Shown here in pieces: positions 51,701 through 61,670 of a stretch of 64,000 nucleotides of DNA. The DNA comes from an uncultured candidate division Zixibacteria bacterium. Its GTDB lineage: Bacteria; Zixibacteria; MSB-5A5; GN15; PGXB01. Numbering within the stretch: the first letter of the stretch is position 1; each line of letters starts with the position of its first letter. A program made the position numbers and the translations under genes. The stretch is from the NCBI GenBank assembly GCA_963702205.1, contig OY969724.1, positions 320,001 to 384,000 of the forward strand, given 5' to 3'. Under the pieces are notes generated by a model. The model made no database searches, was not told the origin of the DNA, and was given only the letters and a program-made list of their open reading frames with translations.

Positions 51701-51898
51701 CTGACTTCGTGGCTCGACGGCTGGAGCCGCTGCCTCGCGGAAATAAACTACCAGAGAACCGGGTATAATTCCGACGGTCTGCTGGATATACACATCATAA
51801 CCGACGAAGACGTCGCTCAGAAAACCAGCTTCGCCTCCAAAATAGGAGCCGTCACCGATCCGGCGCGACCTCTTAAAATCGGGAAGAAATCAGATTAA
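48716..51898 (+). CDS. GAF-like + PPDK_N + C-terminal nucleotidyltransferase fusion protein
   Basis: LQERAKEL...PPGWQYP...GPFLKEE sensor-like N-terminus; LGGKSAGL, VRSSSLLED...FSGKY, DIEFA, LQCR, SFGTHFFQDL; Pol-beta-type YVFGS...SDIDIL...LDIH. ATGA overlap with the upstream gene. Confidence 0.9.
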   Translation: MTNGSADNDIDKLLRSLQERAKELSCIYRVEEILAGPDKSIGEVCHKIIEAIPPGWQYPDICQAKIELDGKTYTSPEFSESTWSQKADIIANNIRIGNINVYYRQEMPPADHGPFLKEEAKLIDTIAERLGNFVMHKKMREIVNEWETSLRKGQDRQWQIVLQMLKQTDSNLYLAIARKMLNYLCWNGISEAEQLLQTNSPKEQLEISDEPETWNQPLEKHRIWIQPGYDMRVFEIATSHFSDDQILALIKKWIQEDKLSFLVQVVNRNLTLSEVSDAIRRYYHLAEEEKGIKSPNQRGIQVSLIRRILSDQLDYINVAKNFIEISDFYHLLQNVIFTAESHGRLGGKSAGLYLASQIIKKNQAEHDVLNNVKIPRTWHITSDVLLHFMHFNNFEEVVETKYKEINQVRLEYPHIVETFKRANFPADIARGLSMALDDFGDVPLIVRSSSLLEDRVGAAFSGKYKSLFLANVGTKPERMEALMDAIAEVYASTFSPDPIEYRSERGLLDFGEEMGIIIQEVVGKKIGHYFVPAFAGVAFSRNEFRWSPRIKREDGLVRLVPGLGTRAVDRLSDDYPVLFSPGQPGLRVNIDPEEVRRYSPRKLDVINLKTRQFETVELQKFVEEVGSEYPLLNKIISIYKDGHISRPIGLNFDFSSDEIVGNFEGLLKDSQFVSQIGLILNILEKTFGRPVDIEFAHDGESFYLLQCRSQSYSEDSQPAPIPKDIPQNKILFSANKHISNGRVPDITHIVYVDPDEYARLGGRSEMLAVGRAVGKLNKILPKRQFVLMGPGRWGSRGDIKLGVSVTYSDINNSAVLIEIARQRGNYLPDLSFGTHFFQDLVESQIRYLPLYPDDEAIIFNERFLKSADNILGEVLPDYANMSPVVRLIDVPRTFPGMVLRVLMNADLEEAIGVIGEPSTDIERQLKSATVVKEHQDTFWRWRYRMVERIAEEMEPSRFGIKALYVFGSTKNATAGPGSDIDILVHVTGDVQKMDLLTSWLDGWSRCLAEINYQRTGYNSDGLLDIHIITDEDVAQKTSFASKIGAVTDPARPLKIGKKSD

Positions 51899-52753
51899 CT
51901 GACGAGTCGCTTTTTCGGGAAAATGCGGATCGAATTTTACCAGCGCCAGCCGGGGGCCGTCGTATGCCGCCGTCAGGCAGACGGTCTTTCCGATTTTATC
52001 CTGCCACGATCCGGTCAGACGCGAGGATTCGTGCACGTGCCCGTGCAGCGTCAATAGAGGCTGCTTCTTTTCGATCAAGCGCCGCACCGCCACCGAACCA
52101 ACGTTGACATCCAGCGGCGCATAATCGATCATCTGCCCGTCACGAGCGGCCCGGTCGAGATTGGTCTGGTACGGCGGCGTATGAAACAGGAAAATCGCCT
52201 TGTCGAAATTTTCTTCACCGAGTGTCAGGGCATCGAGGTCTTTGGCGATGGTCGCGAATTTCTTGTCGCGATCGCTTTCGGGATAGGTATAAAGCCCGTC
52301 TTCGGGTGAAATTGTCCCCGGCTCGGCATACCGCGAGACATCATAGCGCTCCCAGTCTTTTAACTGGAACGGTGTCGGCGGAACAAACGAATATCCATAT
52401 ATAGTAAATTCGCCCAGTTGCGATTTTTGATTGTGCATATATTTCCAGAGACCCCGCTCGGCCAATTCGATAAAGGTGTCTTCCTGTGACCGGCCGTCGT
52501 CGTTGCCGAGAATCAGGAATATTTCGGGATATTCATCGCCGAGTTTGTTTTTGAGTTCGGTCAATCCGGCCACCAGAAAATCATTTACGAAGTCATCGTG
52601 CCTGCTTTCGGACGATGCAAAGGCGAACATACCCGACGGCAGCAGGTCGCCGCCCAAAAAGATCGCTTTCGGTTTCTCGGTCAAAATTTTATCGAAGAGT
52701 CTGATATACAATTCTGTCCGGCCATGAAAGTCTGAAACGAAAAAGCACAGCAT
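51890..52753 (-). CDS. Metallophosphoesterase (calcineurin-like/Icc-like)
   Basis: SDFHG, GGDL, GNDD, FHTPP, HGHVHES; its 3' end overlaps the NTase fusion gene by 9 bp. Confidence 0.92.
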   Translation of the reverse strand: MLCFFVSDFHGRTELYIRLFDKILTEKPKAIFLGGDLLPSGMFAFASSESRHDDFVNDFLVAGLTELKNKLGDEYPEIFLILGNDDGRSQEDTFIELAERGLWKYMHNQKSQLGEFTIYGYSFVPPTPFQLKDWERYDVSRYAEPGTISPEDGLYTYPESDRDKKFATIAKDLDALTLGEENFDKAIFLFHTPPYQTNLDRAARDGQMIDYAPLDVNVGSVAVRRLIEKKQPLLTLHGHVHESSRLTGSWQDKIGKTVCLTAAYDGPRLALVKFDPHFPEKATRQLI

Positions 52754-53090
52754 AATCACAAAAACCTGCTAAAATGAATTCCCCAATTATTACACGATGA
52801 CTTCAAAAAATCCAACTTAATATCGCAGAAAACGGCCGGAATCGCATTAATTGGCCGAAAATTCGGGACAAAACGAAAATATTATACATTAAAGTAAATT
52901 TTTTTTCAGAGTCGCAGCGGCCGTCTAAATTGGCCAACAGCGACTAATTCTTCTTCATTGCGCCATATAACTCGTTGTGAGAAATGATATTGCATATGAC
53001 AAAATGGGGCATAATAAGATTATAATTCCGGCGGGATGATTTCTCACTGCGGAAATAAATCTGAAACCAAAAACAGTTCCAATTTAGGTC

Positions 53091-53119
53091 TTGACGAAAA
53101 TCGCAAGGGGGCCTATATT
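53091..53119 (+). promoter_or_regulatory. Sigma70-type promoter for the vWA giant gene
   Basis: TTGACG-N17-TATATT, about 370 bp upstream of the start codon. Confidence 0.6.
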
Positions 53120-53486
53120 ATTAACTGTTAGCCGTTTAGGCGACAGTGAGTTTTTGGTTTAAATTCAATTTTACTTATCTTTAAAGATCATATTTGACAA
53201 GGGTCGAATGTGTACGGTGCTTTTGCTCTTTATAATGTACTTTTTGATCCCGAATTTCTTGTACTATTAGAGGAGGATGCTGGTAATAAAGATAATTAAT
53301 TCGATACCTCGGTGATCCACCGAAATTTTGTCTTTGAGAGTTAGGTCCTCTACGTTAAAAACGAGCACGATTTGGTAAAGCTCGATTACTGCGGGTAACT
53401 GTCGGACCGCAGCGGGCAAAATCAGTTCCGGCCTGGCAGGCGTAAAGCCGGAACGAAAATAGCATTTCTTCAGGAGGATGCGCCAG

Positions 53487-56400
53487 ATGAAACGAATCGT
53501 GGGGGGAGTCCTGATAGGACTCATCATGATGTTCCTGACGGCCCAGGCTGACCCGACCTTTGTAGGGCCCGAAGGCGATCTGTATTTAGTAGACAGCACA
53601 GCTAAAACCGATCAAGTTCCTTATCCCGAAACATATCCATCCAACCTGGCGGTCAGAACGAATCCGACCGATACGGTCGTGATTTCCCAGTTGGATTGCA
53701 GCATGTTTCCGACTATGTGCATGTACGTGGACGTCCTGGATACGGCCGGATATCCGGTCGGCGGCCTCACGGCCGACAGCTTCTGCGTTTCTCAGGACGG
53801 CAGTCCGATCGATTCTTTTTCGATCCAGGAGCTGACGCTTGATTCCTGCGTGACATCCATAGCGCTCGTAATCGACGTCAGCAGCAGTATGAACGACAAC
53901 AACAAGATTGCGGCCGCACGAAATGCCGCTCACAATTTCGTGAACAACATGGACATATACGACCGTGTTGCCATTGTCACTTTTTCCAACTGCTATACCG
54001 TCGTTCAAAATTTCACGAGTAACAAAACCCTGCTCAATTCCAAGATCAATACGATATCGGCCAACGGCTATACGGCGGCTTTTGATGGTATCTGGAAGGG
54101 TGTCGACATCACCGGTCTGGAACTGGGCAGCAAAGCCGTTATCGCAATTTCCGACGGCATGGAAAACTACAGCCAAAAATGCGGCGATGCCTCGACCCCG
54201 GACGGACTCTGGATCGGCGACCCGCCGATATGGTGGTGGGGCGGCACTCCCGATCCCGACGGCTGGACCGATGACTCGACCCTGATCGTCGGACTTGCCC
54301 AAAGCTCCGGCGTCCCGATTTATACGATCAGCCTGGGGAGTGATTTCGATCCCCAATATCTGGTCAAGCTGGCCGCCTCTACGGGCGGCAGCTATCATCA
54401 CGCCCCGACCGGCGGTGACATAACGAACATTTACGATGAAATCAAATTCAGGCTGTGCAGCCGCTATTTGATTTGCTACAACAGCCCCGATACCGTACAG
54501 AACGGCGACTGGCACACTATTACCGCGTGCCGGCAGGACGCCATGGCCAATTGCAGTCCCTGTGATGTCGATTCCTGCCAGGAAATCGATACTCCTGAAA
54601 TCACCCGGACGCCGGTGACAGTCGGTCTCGCGGATACCTGCGCCCGCTGGGATTCCGGCGTGGAAATCTGTACGTGGGTTGTCGACCTGGATACGCCCCA
54701 GGAAGACCTCGAAGTAAAATTATTCTATCGTAACCGCGATACGGTCAGCTATACATCGGTCGTAATGAACCGAACCGACAGTACCTATTGCTATACCATC
54801 CCGGGCAGTGCTCTCGACTGTGACGCCGACAGTATCCAGTACTATATTACTGCCTCGGACGGACACGCGACGGTGGCATCACCGGCCCTGGCCCCGACCT
54901 ATCATTATTCATTCCCGGTATGCGAGAACCAACCCCCCACGGTTTTCGCCGGAAATGATACGACTCTGGCCCAGTGCTCCCCCGGAGGAATTTGCTGGAA
55001 TACCAGCGCGTCCGATCCGGACGGCAACCTCCAGACGGTCGAGAAGATAATCGGTCCGGGGACCTTCGATGGAACCCAAATCTGCTTTACCCCGACGTCC
55101 AGTCTCGATTATGAATTCGTCCTGCGTGCGACCGACAGCTGCGGCCTGATGGCCTACGATACGGTTGTCGTGCACTATTCACTGAATCATGCGCCGACGG
55201 CCGATGCCGGTCGGGATTCCACCCTGTTTTTGTGTGCTCCGCAGGAGATTTGCTGGACCGCCGGGTGCACCGATCCCGACGCCAACCTGACCGATTGCAA
55301 TCTGATCAGCCCGGTCGGGACCTACAGCGGCGGTGATATCTGCTTCACCCCGGATACGGCCGGTGTGTATCGCTTTATTCTGGAGGCCAAGGATGCCTGT
55401 AACCAGACCGACCGCGATACCTCGTTTATAACGGTGACATTCAACTCCGCCCCGGTATGCAGCATTCCCAATGATACATCGATATTCCAGTGCACGGCCA
55501 CGCAGGTCAGTCTGCTGGTCAGTGCCAGCGACGTCGACGGCAATCTCAATTCCTGTCAGATCATGTCCGGCCCCGGCTCTTTGATAGGCGGCAACTGGGT
55601 CTACACGCCGCCGTCGAGCCAGACGGTCGTGGTGACCATACGCTGCACCGACGATTGCGGCGCCTATTGCGAAGATTCGTTTACGGTTGATTTCGATATA
55701 GACGCCAAGCCGGTGATAAGCCTCGGCAGCGATCAGACCGCGTTCCAGTGCACGCCCGAAGAAATCTGTATAGATTACACTGTCTTCGATTCGGACCCCG
55801 GTCAGGCGGCGACGATAACGCTTTTGACATCGGTCGGGACGGTCAATACGGTCGATTCGACCATTTGCTTTACGCCGGACACGGCCGGTGTGTATAAATT
55901 CATCGCTCAGGCCGAAGACCCCTGCGGCAGGAAGGGTTATGATACCGTCAAGGTGACGGTTTCCTTCAACGCCCCGCCGGTCGCCAATGCCGGAAGCGAT
56001 CAAACTTTGATGCAGTGCAGCCCGACCGCCGTAACCTGGGCGGCGGCGTGCAGCGATCCCGACGGCAACCTCGCAACCTGCGAACTGACCAGTGCCACCG
56101 GTTCATACGACGGAACCAATATATCCTTCACGCCAACTGCTTCGGGCACCTACGAGTTCATACTCAAAGCGACCGACGCCTGCGGTCTTGAAGATTTCGA
56201 TACGTCGTACGTTACGATCAATCAAAATTCAGCTCCGGTCGTGACCGCTCAAACGGATACATCACTCTTCCTCTGTCAGCAACAGCCGGTTTGCATTTCT
56301 TACTCCGTCAGCGATCCTGACGGATTGGCCGGTGTGGTGGAAGCGATGGTTTCCGGTTTCGGTACGATCGACACATTGAACAACGAAATCTGTTTCACGC

Positions 56401-59400
56401 CGACATCGGCGGGCAATTATCAGTTCATTATCGGTGCCACCGACGGTTGCTCGGCTCACGATCAGGACACTGTAATCGTCTCGATAGCGTTCGGTCAGGA
56501 ACCGAACATCACCTGCCCGACTTCGGCCTTCAATAAATTCCTCTGCGGTCCCGATTCGATTCTGCAGACGCTGGCGATCACACCCGATTCGGCCACGGTT
56601 ACCCTTTCGGAAGGCATCTATGACGGCGGTATGGTCCGGTTCTTCGCCGGAAGTGAAGGAACGTACAACATAACCGTCATCGCCGCCGTACAGTGCGGAG
56701 CCGATACCTGTGAACTGACGTTCAACGTCGACTTCAACGCTCCGCCGGTCGCCAATGCCGGAAGCGATCAAACCGTTTTCCAGTGCACGCCTGCTCCGAT
56801 AACCAGGGCGGCTTCATGCAGCGATCCCGACGGCAACCTCTCGACCTGCGAACTGATCAGTGGTGTCGGAACCTACAATGGCTCCAATATCACCTTCACG
56901 CCGACCGGGACCGGGGTCTATGAGTTTGTTATCAAGGCTACCGACGCCTGCGGCGCCGAGGATGTGGATACTGCGTACATAACCGTTACGGCCAACTCGG
57001 CCCCGACGGTCGTAGCGCAGAACGATGATTCGTACTTCCTGTGCGAACCGCAGCAGATTTGTGTCGATTATACCCCGTCCGACCCGGACGGTCTGGCCGG
57101 TTTGACCGAGACGATGGTCTCCGGATATGGCGCAATCGATACAGTTAATAATCAGATATGTTTCACGCCGACAATCGACGGCGATTATGAATTCATTATA
57201 GAAGTGGAAGACGCCTGTGGAGTCACCGACCGCGATACGGTCGTGATTTCGGCGGCGTTCGGCGAAGTCGCGCACATAACCTGCCCGACCGATACGATCT
57301 TCGTGTCACTCTGCGACAACTCGCAGGTGTGCAGTATGCTCGACATCACCCCAGACTCGGCTAATGTTTCGGTTTCGCTGGGCACATATTCCGCCGGTGA
57401 ACACTGTTTCACGCCGGATACGTCGGGTGTCTACGTCGTCGACGTCATCGCCGACGTACAGTGTGGCGCCGACACCTGCCAGTTGATATACAAAGTGGAC
57501 ATCGGTCAAGCCGCGGAAATCGTCTGTCCTGCTCCCCAGACCCGGTTCATTTGCCAACCCGGTCAGGTTTGCATCCCGATTTCGGTCGTGACGCCGGGCG
57601 CGACGTTCGACATTTCTCCCATAGGCTCGTACAACGCCGGAAGCATCTGCTTCCCGGCCGATACCTCCGGACACTACGTCATCACGGTCATTGCGACGAC
57701 TTCCTGCGGGGCCGACACCTGCGAAGTCACCGCCGACGTGACGATCAACTCCAATCCGGTTACGGTCGATCCGGCGACGCCGGTCGATACGTTCCTCTGT
57801 GCGGCCGGACAAATCTGTTACCAGTTCGGAGCCGGCGATCCCGACGGCGGCTCTTTGACATGGTCTAAGATCTCCGGCAACGGCGCCATAACATCAGGCG
57901 GCAACTGGTGCTTCAACGCCACCATGGCGGGGACATATACTATCTCAGCCCGGGTAACCGATTCCTGTGGCGCGGCCGACACGACCACCATGACATACAA
58001 CGTCACCATGAACACGGCTCCGGTTGTCGATCTCGGTGATGATATTTCTGTCTTCCTCTGCGGCGGCAATGCATACTGCTTCGATTACACACTGTCCGAC
58101 GCGGAAAACAATATCGTATTGGAAACACTGACAAGCGGCGCCGGCTCCATCGACACCCTGAACAACCAGATCTGCTTCACGCCGACGATGGCGGACAACT
58201 ACCAGTTCGTGGTTTCCGCGACCGACGCCTGCGGTGCGACCGACGCCGACACGATTATTGTCAACGTCTCGCTGGGCAGCCCGATGACGATAACCTGTCC
58301 CAACGACACGGCCGTCTTCCTGTGCGCCCCGGCTCAGATTTGCCGCCCGGTCACGATACCGATCGACACCAGTGTAACGGTATCACCGATTGGATCGTAC
58401 AGCGCCGGTGAGGTTTGCTTTGACGCCGACACGGCCGGACATTACGTTATAACCGTCCAGGCCAATTCCTCGTGCGGTTCGGCCGACTGCCAGTTCGCGG
58501 TCGACGTCACCATGAACTCGGCTCCGCTTGCGGTCGATCCCGCGGCCGTCGACACCTTCCTGTGCGACCCGCAGCAGATATGCCAGCAACTGGAAGCCAA
58601 CGACACCGACGGCGGACCGCTAACCTGGAGTCGGCTCGATGGATCGGGCACGGTTGACGCCAACGGTTTGTGGTGCTTCACGGCTTCTCTTACCGACGGC
58701 TACTCGGTTACCGCCGTGGTTACGGACCCGTGCGGTACGGCCGATACGGTCATGGCGACGGTTAACGTGACGCTGAATTCCGACCCGAATATCGCTTTCG
58801 GCAACGACACGACCGTATTCCAGTGCACGTCGGGTCAGATATGTCTTAACTACACCCTGAGTGACGCCGATGGCAATATCGTGCTCGAAGAGCTTATCGA
58901 GGGCGCGGGCATCGCGTCCATAGATACGTTAAACAACACGGTCTGCTTCACGCCGACCCCCAAGACACCGTACATGTTTATAGTCCGGGTCACCGATGCC
59001 TGCGGTGCGGCCGACGTCGATACGATCAACGTCGAAGCCGACGTCAATCATCCGCCGGTGGCCGATGCGGGAGACGACCAGTCGTTCTTCCTGTGTGAGA
59101 CCGAGCAGTTGTGCTTCGATATTTCCTGCTCCGACGAAGACGGCAACCTGAGCACTTGCCAGCTGGTCGGCGGCGTGGGTGCCATCAACGGTTCGCAGGT
59201 CTGTTTCGAACCCGATACGTCGGGCGTATACACGTTTATCGTCGAAGCCAAAGACGAATGCGACGAAGCCGACCGCGATACGGTGCAGATGACGGTGACC
59301 ATGAACAGCGCTCCGGTCTGCATTACACCGGCCGATACGTCGTTTTTCCTCTGCAGCCCAATCGAGATCACGCGACCGGTCGGGGCCAACGACGTCGACG

Positions 59401-61530
59401 GCAACTTCGATCATTGCGAGATCGTGTCCGGACCGGGCTCCATTACCGGCGGCAACTGGACCCACACGCCGTCCGCGGCCGGGTCGATAGAAGTCGTCGT
59501 GAAATGTCTTGATGCTTGCGGCGCGTTCTGCCAGGATACATTCAACGTTGACGTCGAGTTCAATCATCCGCCGGTTCCGTTTGCCGGAAATGACAGCACC
59601 TATTTTAGCTGTGCACCGGGCGACGTTATCTGCTGGGATGTTTCGGCGACCGACCCCGACAATAATCTTAAATCGTTCGAGATGATTTCTTCGAACGGGA
59701 CTTATGATCCGGGCCAGGGTCAGGTTTGCTTCACGGTCCCGCAATTCGAGAATACATATAAATTCATATTCCGTGCGACCGACTCCTGCGACGTTTCGGT
59801 CGTCGATACGGCCCTGATACAAATTAACCTGAACGCACCTCCGGTCGTCGATCTTCCGGATGACTTCACGGCCTACTTCGAAGATCCGACGACGATTTGC
59901 TTCGATGCTGATATTTCCGATCCCGACGGCAATCTCGACAGCGTGACCGTTTCACCGGTCGGCGAATATTCCGAAACCACCGGCCAGGTATGCTTCTACG
60001 CTCTCGAGACCGGCACGGTGTGTCTGGAGGTTGCGGCCTACGATGACTGCGGAGCCGTCACGCGCGATACGATTTGCGTCGGACTCGAAATCGACGAGTG
60101 CTTCCGGGTTCAAATCGAAAAGGTCGAAAACCAGCTTCAGGGTCATTATGCCTCGGTCGATATAAACCTGTTTGGCTCCGCCAAAGAGCTCGGCGGGTTC
60201 GACCTGCTGATCGCCTATGATCAGTCGGTACTCAACATGATGGGCGCCGTCCCCGGGCAGTTGCTGACCAATTGCGACTGGGAGTACTTCACGTACTCTT
60301 TCGGTCCGTTCGGAAATTGCGGCGGAGGTTGTCCTTCGGGCATGCTGAGAGTGGTCGGCCTGGCCGAAACCAACAACGGCGCGTACCATCCTGATTGTTA
60401 CCTGATGGGTTCTATCGGTTCGATCGCCGTCCTCAACTTCCTCGTCAGCAATGATCGTACGGTCGGCTGCCAGGTACGCTCCGATACGGTTCGTCTGGCT
60501 CGACTGCGGCGACAACACCTTCTCCTCCCGCGACGGTGACACGCTCTGGACGTCGCGGCTGGTTTATGACTTCCAGATGAACGACATTACCGACAACGGC
60601 TACGGATTCCCGGGCTTTTACGGAGCGATAGATTCCTGTATGCTCGGTGAAGCGCCCGGCAAACCCAGGCCGGAGCGGTGCGTCGACTACATCGACGGCG
60701 GCATAGACATAATCTGTCCCGATTCCATCGATGCGCGCGGTGACGTGAACCTCAATGGTATTCCCAATGAGATCGCCGATGCGACCGTTTTCGTCAATTA
60801 CTTCATATACGGGCTGAGCGCCTTCACGGTCAACGTGGAAGGACAGACGGCGGCAACCGACATCAATGCCGACGGTATCGTTCTCTCAGTCGCCGACCTC
60901 GCGTATCTGATAAGGATCATCGTCGGAGATTGTCTGCCGATACCGAAGCCGATCGTATCGGGAGATTTCACCGCCGAATTCGATCTTCAATCCGACGCCA
61001 TTGACATGGTCAGCACTCAGGTCCCGATAAGCGTGATGAGACTCACGTTCGAGGGCAAAGTCATTCCGGAACTGGCCGAGGCCGCCGTCGGTATGGAAAT
61101 GAATTATCATTACGATGGCGTCGCGACCCGCGTCCTGCTCTGTAATTTCAGGCAGGCCAGTACAATCGAAGAGGGCACGGTCCTGAAACTCGGCGGCAAG
61201 TACAACCTCAAGAGCATTGAGATTGCGTCGTCCGAAGGTCAGAACATGACGGCCAAAATCGACCAGCTGCCGACTGCCTTCAGGCTGGAACAGAACTATC
61301 CGAACCCGTTCAACCCGACCACGACCATAACGTTCGCTCTGCCGGATTACAGAGACTGGAAGCTGACGGTTTATAACGTGCTCGGCCAGACGGTTCAGAA
61401 ATGGTCCGGTTCCGACCAGGGTGTGGTGACGCTTGATTGGCACGCCGACGATTTCGCCTCCGGAGTTTACTTCTACAAACTGACCGCCGGTGATTACAAG
61501 GATTCAAAGACAATGGTACTGCTAAAGTAA
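53487..61530 (+). CDS. Giant secreted protein (~2680 aa once one +1 frameshift at ~60474 is removed): vWA, about 20 Cys-rich Ig/PKD-like repeats, cohesin-like, dockerin-like and Por/FlgD-type C-terminal domain
   Basis: MIDAS DVSSSM...T...SDG; NxAP...C...SDPDGN...CFTP...DACG repeats; GGFDLLIAYD; RGDVNLNG / TDINADG; LEQNYPNPFNPTT...ASGVYFYKL...MVLLK. ORFs 53478-60539 and 60451-61530 join as VGCQ-YAPIRF if one G is removed. Confidence 0.88.
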
Positions 61531-61551
61531 CATTGTATCGGATAAAACAAG

Positions 61552-61584
61552 AGGGATGTCGCTCGGTGCGGCATCCCTTTTTTT
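61552..61584 (+). terminator. Intrinsic terminator
   Basis: AGGGATGTCGC-TCGGT-GCGGCATCCCT followed by a T run. Confidence 0.85.
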
Positions 61585-61670
61585 ATGCTTTATATTTTGA
61601 ATTACCGGCAAATTGGATCGGGCCCGTTCGGTTGTCCGTGCAATTACTCAATTTTGATGGCGGTCGCTAT

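Noticed and set aside
46965..51898. ppsA/ppdK assignment
   Set aside because: Neither protein has the C-terminal PEP/pyruvate barrel or the canonical TSHAAI phospho-His motif.
53390..53460. c-di-GMP-I riboswitch-like words (GGCAAA...GGCGTAAAGCC)
   Set aside because: No GNRA-capped stem or matching receptor stem can be built; a simple hairpin explains the segment.
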